Shown: piece after piece, positions 48,951-62,759 of the stretch
Layout of the letters: the number at the start of each line of letters is the position of its first letter
Numbering within the stretch: position 1 is the stretch's first letter
DNA from: Carcharhinus longimanus
Lineage: Eukaryota
Direction of reading: 5' to 3'
DNA length: 64,000 bases
Assembly (NCBI GenBank): GCA_030264375.1
Contig: JASCQW010000119.1
Span: 56,775,988-56,839,987 of the forward strand
The notes under the pieces: generated by a model
The model's input: the letters and a program-made list of their open reading frames with translations, nothing else
Told to the model about the DNA's origin: nothing
Database searches by the model: none
Translations under genes and position numbers: made by a program

Positions 48951-49872
48951 TTTCTTCCTGTGCAAGAGATGCCTGGAATGTCATCCTCCTCTCTTGTCAG
49001 TCCTTCTGTATGCTTGTAATGCACACTTTATTTCTGTGCAAGATTCCTAATGACACTCATTCCTTTTGTCAGTCCTCCTGTATGCCTGTAATACACACTT
49101 TCTTCCTATGCAAGATTCCTAATGTCACCCTCCTCTCTTGTCAGTCCTTCTGTATGCCTCTAATACACTTTCTTTCTATGCGAGATGCCTAGTATGTCTT
49201 GTCACTTTCTTCTCATTCCTTCTGTATACCTGTAATGCACACTTTCTTCCAGTGCAAGATTCCTAATGCCACCCTTAACTCTTGTCCGTCTATATGCCTG
49301 TAATACATATTTTCTTCCTCCTGCAAGATTCCTAATGTCACCGTCTCCACTTGTCAGTCCGTCTAAGTTTTTTTCTACTGTGAAAATCCCCTAGTTGCTA
49401 CACTCCAGCGCCTGCTCAGGTATACTGAGGGAGAATTTAGCATGGCTGGTAGCACGTCTTTCAGTCTATGGGAGAAAACCCATGCAGACACAGGGAGAAT
49501 GTGCAAACTCCACAGAGGCAGTGACCCAAGCCAGAAATCGAATCTGCTATCCCTGGCACTGAGGCAGCAGTGCCAACTACTGTGCCACTGCAAATGCCTG
49601 TAATACATACATCCTTCTGCAAAATTACTATTGTCACCCCCTCCTCTTGTCAGTCCAGCTGTATGCCTGTATTACACACTTTTTCTATGCAAGATTCCTA
49701 ATATCACCCTCCCCTCTCTCCAGTATGCCTATAATGCACATTTCCTTCCTATGCAAGATAGCTAATGTCACTCCCCTCGTCAGTCCTCCTGTATGGCTGT
49801 AATACACACTTTCTTTATATGTGAGATTTCTAATGTCACCCTCTCTTATCAGTCTTCCTGTGATACACACAC
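48951..49872. repeat. ~70-bp minisatellite, about 10 diverged copies, interrupted by a minus-strand SINE (49367-49590)
   Basis: Unit TTTCTTCCTATGCAAGATTCCTAATGTCACCCTCCTCTCTTGTCAGTCCTTCTGTATGCCTGTAATACACAC. Confidence 0.92.
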
Positions 49873-52800
49873 TGGGGAAAAAATTGTGGGCAAGACTTCT
49901 TCATTAAATGCTTCGGCACCATAATTTAAAATCCATTTTTTAAAGATATTTGGATGCCTGCAACTGCCTTGTAAGTCGTTTTATGAATGCTTGTTAAAAT
50001 TGAAAGGCTATAACTAGTCAGCCTTTATTTCAGTACACTTGCCAGTTTTCACCTTTCTTTGCGATCTATTACTCATTTTTAAAGTCTAACATTAGCATGA
50101 TTTGTAGATGTGTTTTTTCCCCTGCTTTCTTTCTTTTTCCTTTTACCCCTCCCTGTCATAAATGTGACCCATGTTGGGTGTGATTCCAGTATCTTGTTGT
50201 CTTTATCCTGAAATGGTTATCCTTCGGGATACTTAGTGGGAGAGTGAGTTTTAAAGAGGAAGGGGTGGCATTGGTCTCCAAAGGTTAAAAAAAGTTCACA
50301 ACTGTTTCTCCTCTTCCCCCCCCCCTGTGCTTTTTGAATAGGATTGTTAGATAATGAGTGGGATGTCTGTTTTTATTAATTTTATTCATGCTATCCTGAC
50401 TCCCGTGCAGCAGAAGTTAACCACCTATTACCACTTCTGCCCCGGCTGAGATTGAATAAATCAGAAATTGAACCTAGGGTGTTCCTAATCAATAACAGTG
50501 TGGTTCACTTGCCCCGTTGCAGACTCAGGAAAACAGATGAGATGCGCTTTAAATATATTCCCATCAATGGAGTAAATCGTAGTGGAGCATAGGTTTTCAA
50601 ATTAGCCCCCACTGTCTGAGGGGATCCCACGAAATCTCCAAGGTCATCAATTTTCTAGCAATCGTTTCCAATTTCTGTATTTCTCTCTTTGTTGGTCTAC
50701 TAGCACCACATTTCCATTTTCTATATAATGCTTAGATCTTTTAATGTTTTCCTTTGGATCATTAGGATGAGCGTATGCCAATATTTGTTAGTGATCTTCC
50801 ACAAGGAAAAGTTTGAAAATTAGTTTTATGGTGGAATATTAACACGATCCAAAATATTGCATGTAATCATTTAGAATGGCTTGTGGTCGAAAATTGTATT
50901 TTCTGAATGTTTAGAATTGTTACCAAGCATGGAGCCTGAAAGCTGATGTGGAAAAAGAACAAATTCAATTTCAGTTCTTGCACTTTAAGTGGCTTTGTGC
51001 TAGCCAACAGAAAAAAAAATCTTGCATTAAATGATGCACATACGCTTAAAACACGTACGACATAACTTGATCACTATTTTTGGAAGACTTGCTCAGAAGG
51101 TCGCGAGTGTGAATTGCTATATGCTGTTGGTAATTTTTTTCAACCTGTGAATTCATTGCGTTCTGACGATTGGCTTCAGTTAATTTCTGGCGGTTGCGGG
51201 TTTATAAATATCACAGTGCCCGAATGTGTTTTTTAAAATTTAAATCGGTGATTATACCTGCAGTTTGTGCATTAGAAGAGCGCAACGTTGTTTGTTGAAC
51301 AGGATAATTCAATGTGACAGCTCCTTGATGGCTTGCTTCTAATTGTGGATGTGCAGGCAGCAGTCGGATAGGCTCGTGTGTTGTCGTCGAGTCTGGTGAC
51401 AGCGTGCAGGGGGATTTCTGCCATTGGCTTGTTTGCTGATAGCACTCGTAAGGCGCTATCATTGGTGTGTCTGCTGAGACCCTGTTGATAGACAGCTGCT
51501 AACGTACTGGTGGGTCTGACATCTACATCTTGTTTGGATGCCATTATTGGCAGGCCTGTTAGAGGAGCCTGGAGCTACTTTCCATAAAATACTAAAGCTA
51601 AATGTTTGATATTCTGGAGTGCACGGTATTTTCCGTGCACACTGTTTAAAATCCTTCTCTGGTATTAAGCATCCTCTCTGGTTTGGCCAGTTTATTTAAA
51701 GGTACTGAACTATTTTACACTTGGGATTAAAAGCCTTTTTAGATGACGATAGGGTCCGCGATGGCGTTCATTTGCACTGAGTACAATTTCTCTGGCTGTT
51801 TTCTTTATACTGAGAAGTGAAAGGGAAAAGGAGGTAGAAAACACAATGCGAGTTCAGACATCAGATGAATACCCGATTAAGACTTGATACGAATGTTTAT
51901 GAAATTTGCATGCCGAAGAGTGCCAAAATTTGGAATGCAGCACTTAACCTGTCCTTGATTGGAACCATTTGCTTTCCTTTCTGCAAGACACTTGCTGATT
52001 TTTCCATAGCTGACATTAAAGAAAAATGACATGTTGTAACATTTTTACTACTAGCAGGGGAAAAATCGTTTCCATGTCTCAGGTGTCAGCAGTGCATTTA
52101 TTAAACGTCTGAACAGAACTATAAAACACTTTTATTACAATTTTTGATACTTCCATGGCTGGTACTGCAGATGGCCTGGGTGTGTGTTTCTTTTTAATGG
52201 TGGCTGCTAAAACACTTTGCAGAAAGGCGTGCTCTCTCTCTTTCTCTTCCCCCAGCCCGACTTAGCTTCGTGTTTGGTTGTACATTTGTGCGCCAGGCTA
52301 AGGGGTCGGGTGTCGATTTTCCTATTTTCTTCAGATTGTGTTAAAGACTCTGGGTCAAACCACCAACTGACTGCAACTTCCATACAGTTTTTACGTCAGT
52401 CCGGAACAGCCAAGGATGTTGTTATAGCAACACCACCCGATGACCTCGCGTAGTGTTCAGTTTGACTGCGGTTACTATCAGAAGCGGTTAGAAAGAGCTA
52501 GCTGGGTTACAGTATCCATAGCCACGTGGGTGCTGGAAAAATATTTCTAATCAGCACTGACCTGTTTCTTTATTCTTCAGACTTGTATAAGTATATTCTA
52601 TTTATAAGATAGGATGTTCACATCGATGAATATTGGCGTCCTCCTGTAGTTTGGTTTCTAGGTACAGTTTTGCAAAACAAAGATGTTTAAAATAATGCAG
52701 CAATAAGGGTCATGTTTTTTCGAGAATATTTTTATTGCTGTTATATTTGAAAGATTTTACAAAACAATTTACGCCTAGGTCTGTCTGAGGTATTAAACCA

Positions 52801-55289
52801 ATGTTTAGCCTCTGACTGATGAATATTGCTTTTATTTTCCATGTGCAGTTTGTAGTCCCTATGCCATGACATTTAATTTAACCCTTTAAGGAATACAACA
52901 GTTCTTCACCAAAATAGAACCAGGTTCTAGTTTGTCAGAATTTAGTAAAATAAGCAATATTTGGTACATTTTAATATGACGGTAGGCATTTTAACATAAA
53001 AAACTTTGTGGCTGTTAAAACTTAATAAGCACCTGGTGACTTTACTCTTGTCTTTATTTCATCTCCCCCACCCCCACATTTTGCAGCCTTTTCTTATGTT
53101 TCCATTTTTGGGTTGCTTCGCTCTTGTGCACTGCCCATGGCATTCAAAATATAGCAAGCCTGTGAAATGGTTGATATGTACTCCACATATGCGCAAGTGT
53201 GGTTGAATTTCTGCAGTGGGTGACAGTCAATGTAGTAAGAGAGTTATTTTACTGAGTTGCTTATTTGTTATTGCTATTTATAACAAAATTCTTGTTTGAA
53301 AAGAAGAAGCAAAGTGTACATGGTAACTATACATTTGAATTTTGGAATGCATAAACAATAAGGTTTAAAAATGTAGAACCAAAAACCATGTTTTGTATCA
53401 GTTAAGCAGTTTGTGTGTTTTATAGGGCTGCTATGCTTTGGTTATGTGAATATGATGAAATATGTTAAAAACACATGTGTTTGAACACATTTCCTGAACA
53501 CTAAAGATCAGCTATTCAGTTTCTAAAATGATGGGGATTATTGGTTCTAAAATACTTGAAATCATAGAATCATATGGTGCAGGAGACCACTTGGCCCATT
53601 GTACCTGTGCCAGCTCATTGCAAGAACTATCCAGTTAGTCCCACTCCTCTGCACTTGCCCCATGGCCTTCCAAGTGTTTTCTTTTTTCTCAAACACTATA
53701 CGTATTCAATTTATTTTGCAAATTACTGTTGAATCTACTGTCACAACAACCTTTGAGATTATGTATTCCAGATTTTAACATTGTTTTCAATAATTTAGTT
53801 TATCTTGACTGTTTCTCCATCTCTATCCAAATTAGCAACTGAATAGCATTTTGAAGACATAAATATTTGTCATAAATTATGGTAAATTAATATTTTCAGA
53901 AAGAAGGGCATAAATTCTTAAATTTTAGTTGTATTTATACCAATTTAAACTGATGTCATTTAATAAATTGTAGTTCAATTAATCTAATTATGGTTTAATT
54001 TACTTTGGACTGAAGTTATAGGTGCAGTCCTCACATCCTGTGTTCACATTCATTAATCCATTTTTTTTCCTCTTCCTCCTCGTCACAGTTTCGTGACTGA
54101 AGGGGTGGGGAGGTGCCCGTAGCCTGCAGTAAATGTTGCTTCGTGACTATGTTACTTGCTGTCTCATTTTTGTTATTTTCCTCTATCAAAATACAAAGTG
54201 CTAACTAATTTAATAGATTTAAATGTATTATATCCTGAATTCCAAACTGTTAAAAATACAAGCTTGTATAATGAGAGAGTAATTTGAAGTATACAGATCA
54301 AATTTTTGGACTACGCTGCATGTTTCACAACACTAATGCAGGTCAAATACAATTTCAGTTAGTTTTTACAGGTGGCCAGAACTTTTGTAAAACGTGGAGG
54401 CATCTAATGACACTGAGCGCTGTTTGTACAAGAATTGCATTTCACTTTGCAGTCAGAGATCCTGAAAACACAACATGGAACTAGATGCCATGTTTTAGAT
54501 TGGGTAATGAGATGCATGCTGATGTTGGATATGTCTAGTTTTTTTTTCAGTATTTGAGTTTTGCCTTGGCCATTGTAGGTCTTGTTGAGAAATATTTAAT
54601 CTGCTTAGCTCTGTAAATAGCTGACAGTGTAGAGAAAACTGCATGGAAAAGTGCTGCTTCAGCAAAATTGGGCTTGAACATTTGCGATAGGATGATATGC
54701 ATTAAAAAAAACAAGAGTTGTCCTCATCTGCAAAATCTACTAAATGATCAAAACTACCATTAGCCAAGTGGCTAAAAGTAATTTACTTAATTTCTGTGAT
54801 TATCACTCAAGGTTGATCATTTTTGTAGTCCTTGCTGTTAATCTGAAGTGTAGGGTTTTTCTAACTGCAGTAAATCAGGAAGGTTTTTAAGGTTGGATTA
54901 AGTGTCCATTTTGAGGAAATTGCTAATTTATTTCATATGATGTCTGACGTTGGTCAGTTCTATTTTTCAAAGAAAACTTGTGAGGGAGGCAATGAATATN
55001 NNNNNNNNNNNNNNNNNNNNNNNNNNNNNNNNNNNNNNNNNNNNNNNNNNNNNNNNNNNNNNNNNNNNNNNNNNNNNNNNNNNNNNNNNNNNNNNNNNNT
55101 GAATATTCACCATTAAGTGCATGAAAACTCACCAGCTCAAGAGAATAGAGGCTAAATGCATAGTCAAAGTCAGCATCAGACCAATACAGGAAAGTTCCCT
55201 TTCTCGCACTCTTCCCCAAAAGAAATGTTACTGAATCATTGTAATATTTCACTTCCTCTTGAATAAGACTTCCTGACTAGCACTTCTGA

Positions 55290-56530
55290 ACGCATCTGTT
55301 CCGTGACATCATATATGACTGTGACAAGGTAAACTTTCCCTTCTCATCCTCCCTGACCTGCCTGCAGTTTTTGCCACGATTGATCACACCATCCTCCTCC
55401 AGTACCATGCCACTGTCATCTGGTTGGCTGTGACTGTTCCATTCTTATCTCCCTACTTATAGCCAGAAGGTCACTTGCAATGGCTTCTCTTCCCGCTCCT
55501 GCACCATTACCTCTGTGTCCCCCCAAGGATCCATTCATGGCCCTCTCTTGTTTCTGAATTACATGCTGCCCCTTGGCAACATCATCTGAAGGCTTAGTGT
55601 TAGTTTTAATGTGTTTGCTGACAACACCAACCTCCATTTCACCACCACCACCACTCTTTCCATTGTTACTAAATTAGACTTCTTAGTTAGCAGGTCGCTT
55701 TTCTGGCGTATAGTACGGAGAGGCAGACATTTCCTTCAATTAAATATTGGGGAAACCGAAACCATTGTTTTGGTCCAAACTCCATTCCCTAGCTACCAAT
55801 TCCATTCTTGTCCCTGGAACAATCTTGAAATTCAGCCAGTCTGTCTGCCATCTTGGTGACACATTTCAATCCTCTGATGAGCTTCCAACCTCACGCTTGT
55901 GTCATCACCAAGATCACCTATTTTCACCTCCATGAAGTCGCTTGATAACGTACCTGTCTTATCATCCATGCCTTTAGCTCTAGACTTGACTTTTCCAATA
56001 CGTTCCTGGCTGGTGTCTCACTTCTACCAAATGTAAACTTGAGGCCCTCCGAAGCACTGCTGTTCCTATCTGTACTTGCATCAAGTCTTGTTCACCTGAC
56101 TTCCATTGGGTCCTAGTGATGCAGTGTCTTGATTTTAGAATTTTCATCCTTAGTTTTACATCCCTCCACGGCCTTGCCCCTCCTTATCTTTTTAATCTCC
56201 TCCAGCCCAGTAGCCCTCGTGAGATACCTGTGCTCCTCTAATTCTGACCTCTTGTGCATTCCAGTTATAATTGTCCACNNNNNNNNNNTTTTGGTGGCCA
56301 TAACCTCAGTTACCTAGGACTCTAGCTTTGGAATTCCTTCCATACAACTCACTTTGTCGACTTTACTTTTCTCCTCTAATTCACTTCATAAAGCCCACCT
56401 CTTGGACCAAGCTTTTGGGCATTTCATTTAATACCTCTTGATGTAGTTTATGTCATAATGTTTCATGATACTCTGGTGAAAGACCATGAGATGTTTTGTT
56501 ATGTTACATTAGAAGTACTTGTACATTAAA
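55290..56530 (+). mobile_element. Degenerate L2-type LINE RT/3' end
   Basis: VPQGS...PLL..YMLPLGNII, FADNTNL and LQLNIGETETI remnants. Confidence 0.75.
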
Positions 56531-56949
56531 AAGCTATGTAAATATAGGTTGGCATTGGGTGTTCTCCATTCGCATTAAAGATGCAAAGTGGTCAATCCAT
56601 ACTTAGTATCAGTGTGAATCTATTTCAGTTTTACACCAACATTAAACTTGTGAATGCTAAATTGGCATTGATGCCCAAACTGACTGCCAACGTGGATTGA
56701 GATGACACTCCCTAAAGATTCTAATTATTCCTCTTTGTGGTGTCAGGCTGACACCTGAATGTGAATTTTAGAAAGAAGTTCTGGGCCATTTTTTAAATTT
56801 GTTAAAATATACATCTTTATTTGAAATATGCATTTCTGTTCTAACCCCAGCAATTAACACTGCTGTTATGTAAAAACACCATTCAGCACTGGTTTTGGCT
56901 CTCAGATGTGGGTTTAAATCTAGCCCAGATTAGTGGCATTGGAATCTTT

Positions 56950-57500
56950 TTCATTTGCTGGTTGTAAGGTCTCAGGATGCGGGTGATGCTGGCAAGATTG
57001 CATTTAACTGCTCAACTCTCACACCCTGAAACATAGTGGGCCATCTCCTTGAATTGTTGCAGTCCTCAGACTGACAGTACTTCCATAATGCTAATAAGCA
57101 TGAGAATTTGAGGTCATTTGCCCAGCAGCAATGAAGGAGTGACAGTATATGTCCAAATCAGGATAACTGTGTGACTTGACCGTTTAGAAGTATCTTTCTC
57201 TATGAAATTATTACCCTAGTTTTTCTCATTGCAGGGGAAAGGGGTGCTGTCGAAGTAATCTAAGTGAGTTCCTGCAGTGCATCCTGTTGATTTTTTGCAT
57301 ACAGCAGATGCAATGTGCATATAACGGAAGATGTAGGTATTGAAACCAATTGAGTGACTTGCTCTTGTTGACCCCTTTGAATGTTGTTATGATTGTACTC
57401 ACCCATGCAAAGGTAGCCTGGAAGATGAGTTTGTGGGACATTTACTTGGAGCAACATATTGTAGATCCAAATACAGCTAGGCCTGGTAATATGCAATGAA
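56950..57500 (-). mobile_element. Degenerate CR1-group LINE 3' end
   Basis: Reverse complement of the tail type also seen at 1370-1430 (GCCAGCATCACCCGCATCCTG). Confidence 0.5.
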
Positions 57501-57529
57501 CTTTGATTAATTAATGGCCTCATAGTGAA

Positions 57530-60500
57530 ATAGCCTTTAGGCAATGATCATAACTTGGTTGAATTTCACATTAAATTTTGAGGGTGAGGAGAGGGAGTCA
57601 ATGACTATTGTTTTAAAGGGTACGATGACAGCGGGCTAAAGTGAACTGCAAAATTAGGTTAAAGATTAAAGTAGAGATGCAGCGGTAGACTTTTGAGGAG
57701 ATATTCGATAACACTGAAAGATGCATTCTTGTGAGAAAGAAGGACTTTTGGAGAACAACACACCATCCGTACTTAACTAAGGAAGTTAGGAACTCAGGAA
57801 GATGGTATCAAATTGAAGGGAAAAAGCATATAATTCTGTAAAGATCAATGGTAGGTCAGAAAATTAGATATAATTTATAAAACCAGTAAACAATGAGTTA
57901 AAAATCAGGGAGAAATTACAAGATGAGAGAAAGCTAACTAAAAAATATTAAAACTGATTGTAAGAGTTTCTCCAAGTATTTAAAAGAAAAAGAGTCACTA
58001 AAGGGAGCATTGGTCATCTAGAGAGTGAGCCTGGGGATGGAATAATGGGAAATGAGGAAATGGCGAAGGCATGAGCAGATATTGTGGGCAAGTCATCACT
58101 GGAGAAGATGCAAATAAACCTCAGAAATGCTTGTAAATCAAGAAGTGAAAGGATAAGAGGACCCGATGGCCTGCAATCTAGGGTCTTAAAAGGAGTGTCA
58201 GCTGCAACAATAGAGATATTGGTTGGAATTTTCCAAAGTTCCCTGCGTTCTGCAAAAGTCCCATCAGAGTGGAAAGCTGTAAATGTAACTCTGCTATGCA
58301 AGAAAAGAAGAAAGCAGAGCCAGGTGGTTAAAAAATGGTAAGAGCAGAGTGCAACATTACATTCCCTAAAGAAATCTAAGCAGCTGTTTGGGTGAGTACA
58401 GTTGGATAGGTACCTACTACTAATATTGGTTATAATTGTTAAAATATTCTATGATTCGTTGTTTGTAAGAAATATATTCTGTAATAACAGTGGAGAAAAA
58501 AGGCCTTAGTTGATGTTGTTTAATATTAAAAGGACTTGAGTGGGAAGACATGGCAGGAGAGCTCCAATCTGTGGTCAGTTCTTACTCCATGTGGGAGACC
58601 AGGAACATTTCCAGTTCCCAGGACTAGTATGTGTGCATGAAGTGTTTGCAGCTGCAGCTCACGGCAGCCTAAGGTGTGGAGCTGGAACAGAGTCTGGAGA
58701 CACTGGAACATCTGCATGATGGAGAGTATCATGGATAGCTTGTGTACAGAGGTGGTCACACTGCAGGCTCAGACTCCACAGGCAGGAAGGAAATGGGTGA
58801 GCTCAAGGTGAACAGGAGGGCTGGACAGGCAGTGCAGGAATCTCCTGTGACTTTCTCCCTGCAAAACAGATGTACCATTTTGAGGGGAATGGCCTCTCTG
58901 TGGATAACAGCAGCAGCCAAATTCGCAGTACCATGGTTGGCTCTGCTGCACAGGAGAGAAGCAAAAGAAGTAGAAATGCAATAGTCGTTGGAGATTGTTG
59001 CGAGGGGAGTACATAGATGTTTCTGTAATTGCAAGCGACACTCCAGGATGGTATGTTGCCTCCCTGATGCTAAGGTCAAGCGTGTCTCAGCGGTTGCAGG
59101 ACATTCAGAAGAGGGAGGGTGAACAGTTGGTTGTCATGGTATACACTGGGACAAACAACATAGGTTCTAAAACAAAGGTTAAGGCTCTAAAAACAATATA
59201 GGGAGTTAGGAAGCAAGTTTTAAAAAGTAGGAACTCAAAGTTAGTTGTTTCAGGATTATTACCAGTGCCACGTGCTAGTCAGAGTACAAACAGCAGGATA
59301 TAACAGCAGGGAGAGAGTTTCAGATTCCTGGAATATTCAGACCAGTTCTGGGAAAGGCAGGACCTGTGCAAACTGGATGAGTTACACCTAGGCAAGACCA
59401 GGACTGATGCCTTTGGGTTGGGTTGGGGGACAAGGATGCTCAAATGGTTTTCTGAACCAATGCATTGAGGAACCAACAAGGGAACAGGCCATCTTGGACT
59501 GGGTATTGTGCAATGAGAAAGGATTATTTGGCAATCTAGTTGAGAGAACCCTTGGGGATGAGTAACCATGATGATATAGAAGGTGAATAGTGAGGTAGCT
59601 GATTCTGAGACCAGGGTTCTGACTCTCTCAGTAAAGGTAACTATGATGAATGATATGAGGCATGAGTTCGCTATGGTGGACTAGAAAACATTACTAAAAG
59701 TAAGGACAGTGAACAGTCTATGGCAGACATACAAGGAATGAATAGATGAACTCAAAATTGTATATTCCTGTTTGGCACTAGAGTAGCAAGGGAACTGTGG
59801 CCAAACTATGGCTTAAAAGGCAAATTAGTACTAGATTCAAAGAAATAGCACAAATTGGTGAGAAAAAACAATAGACCTGAGGATTGGGAGAAGTTAAAAA
59901 TTTGGCAAATGTGGACCAAGGGATTCATCAAAGGGAAAAATAGAGTATGAAAGTAAACATTAAAAACTGACTGCAAAAATTTCTATGGATATGCAAAAGG
60001 AAGAAGATAGACAGAAATGTTCATAGCCCCTTACAATCAAACGGGGGAATTCATAACAGGGAACAAAGAAATGGATGAGGAGCTAAATGCATACTTTGGT
60101 TCTGTCTTCACAAAAAGGAAGACACAAATGTAGCAGAAATATATAATGCACAGAGTGAAGGAATTAAATTGATTTCTAAATTTTGGTGATGAGAATAGGT
60201 TGTGAAGAGAGCATGAGGAGTCTGCAGATAGATAGCTATAGACAGGTTAAGTGAATAGGCAAAGATTTAGCGGATGGAGTATAATGTGGAAAAATGTGAA
60301 TTTTTTTGACAAGCGGAATAGGAAACAGCATGTTATTTAAATGGAGTGAGGTTGCAGAACTCAGTAGAACAGAAGGATTTGGGTGTCCTAGTACATGAAC
60401 TGCAAAAGGTTGGTGGTATACAGGGGCAGCAAATGATTATGAAGGCAAATGGAATATTGGCATTCATTGCAAGGGAATGGAATATAAAATAGCATAAGTT

Positions 60501-60975
60501 TTGTTACAGTTGGTGAGACCACACCTTGCGTCCTGTTGTGCTTTTGATCTCTCTACTTAAGAAATGATATAGTTGCATTTGAAGCAGTTCAGAGAATGTT
60601 CTCTCAACTAATGGGATGAAGGGTTAGACAGGTTGGGTCTATATCCATTGGAGTTTCGGAGAATGAGAGGTGATCCTATTGAAATATTTCTGATCCTGAA
60701 GGTACTTGTTTGGCTGAGGCTCTCCCATTTAAGATGGAGATGAAGAATATTTTCTGAGGGTCACAGCATGAAATTCTCTTGTGCAGAGAGCAGTGGGGGC
60801 AGGGTCAATGAATGTTTTGAAGACTGAGAAAGATCTTTGACTAACAAGGGAATCAAAGGGCATATGGGATAGACATTAAAGTGGAGTTGAGACCACAATT
60901 GGGAGCAACTATGATCTTCTCAAATAGCAGAGCAGGTGTGAGGGCTGAATGAGCTATTCCTCCTACTTTGTAAGT
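57530..60975 (+). mobile_element. CR1 LINE cluster: ORF2 fragment (57530-58310) plus a near full-span decayed CR1 (ORF1 from ~58549, ORF2 pieces, 3' tail)
   Basis: GPDGLQSRVLKGVSAATIEILVGIFQSSLRSAKVPSEWKAVNVTLL; ORF1 esterase-like VVMVYTGTNNIG; tail GAGCTATTCCTCCTACT. Confidence 0.85.
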
Positions 60976-62759
60976 TTGCGTCTCTACTGATATGTGAATG
61001 ACGCGTATGGCATTTGTACATGTATTCATGCAAGTGACAAGAATGGCATTATATGGATGCTAGAGAAATTTTGAGGGCTCAGAAGGTGTAATATACTGAT
61101 GAATTAGCGAGTGCCGTTTTAAGGTTTAGGTATTGTGCTTTACTAAACAAGAAAATTATGGAGGTATTTAACAGTGCTATGCTTGGCCATATTGTATCTG
61201 ATGCTGACACAAGATGCCTGAAGTGAAGTGTGTTTTGGTCCCTGCACAAAATCTAATGAGTTCAGAACAAAATGGGGGGAAAAAGCAAAACAAAAATCCA
61301 ACATTTTACATAAAATTCAATTCAGAAAATATTGTTCATGTGGCAGATTTTGTAGCTTTGCTTATAGTTATGTTGAATTGTTTCCTCTGGCTTCACTGTA
61401 ATGCTTCAGCTGCAATAAAGCTATTACCCAAGAAGCATTTTACAATACAGTGTTGCTAGATTCTGGGATTGCACGTGGCATAAAAAGCTTTTTAACTTGA
61501 AACCATAATGACTGAGTCGCCAAAGTACTGAAGGATGTATTTATTCTCGTCAGGCTGAGTTCACTTAGAGTTTGGTTTGCTTTCTAAGTTAATGTAAAGC
61601 AGATTAACATCTTCTATTCTGTCAGCCAGAATGATGATGCATGAACTATTCAGGATAGTTGATTAAAATGAAATTATTTAAAAGCCATTAAATAGAATTG
61701 AGAATAAATTCTAGTACTTTTGCGTACAGTTCAGTCAAGACTTTTCTAATGCCTCCCTTTATGTTGTGGATGGGCTACATGTAATGAAGCACTGATCAAG
61801 AGCCTGTGGCTGAGATGTACAAAGGTGATCATTGATCAACTTGCCCTTCAACTTTTCCCTCTTCTTCAGAAAGACTTTTTTGTTTTGAATCTATGTGACT
61901 ATCTTGTTTCTTCCATCATGTTCACTGGACTAAAATTGGAAACTAAATTATGCCTAGCTACATTTGGTACAAGCTTATAATACATACGCATGGTGACACT
62001 GGCTCTACAAAAGTGAACCACGTATGTTGATCACACTTTGAACCAACTTTGGGCTCTCCATAGTTGATCATATCAAGAGAAAACTTAAAATTGTTCAGTT
62101 TTAGAGTTGATATTTGGAGGTCCTGCATTTGTTTTATTCTTGACAGACAGAATGGAAATTTCCATTCATCTCCATAACTTCAGCCTACTCCATTTCACTG
62201 CTTGTATCTTAACTCACTCAAGGCTCATTCACCTTGTCTACATTGGCTCCCAATCAATCAATGTCTTGATTTTTAAAAATCCTCATGGCTTTGCATCCCC
62301 CTATCTATAGAAGCACTCCTTAACCTAATATATCCTTTATCGGTGGTGCAGTTTGTTTATAATGCTTCGTGAAGATTCTTGAAATGTTTTATGTTAAACA
62401 TGCTGTATAAATACATATTACTGAGGCATAGATTTTAAAAAAAAATACATATTGGTCTTTTAGCACATTCTTGTTGCTCTGTGAAATCATAGGAAGAAGA
62501 TAGAGAGTTGTTTTCTTATTTCTAATATACAAAAAAATTCTATCTGTACCATCTTATTATCTGGCATAGCTGTGTCAGAATTATACCGCTTGTGTTGCCA
62601 TGTTCATGTCCAACCAAAACCATAGAAAGTATTCTCTGTACACAAATTATTTACTCTTTGTAAATTTACTACTTCTTAAAATGTTTGACAGAACTAGTTT
62701 TCATAGTTTGTGGCTAGTTCTTCAGTAATGCAGATTTTTCAATATTTATACTGAACATC

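Noticed and set aside
48276-49050. Long ORFs of 205-229 aa (also those at 36.5-37.1 kb)
   Set aside because: Length comes from translating N gaps.
51272-51544. 90-aa minus-strand ORF MASKQDVDVRP...
   Set aside because: No recognisable homology or splice structure; explained by local GC richness.
51743-51813. Possible C/D box snoRNA (ATGACGA...CTGA...CTGA)
   Set aside because: Box C is imperfect, the terminal stem is weak, and I cannot match a guide to rRNA or snRNA. A snoscan or Rfam search would be needed.
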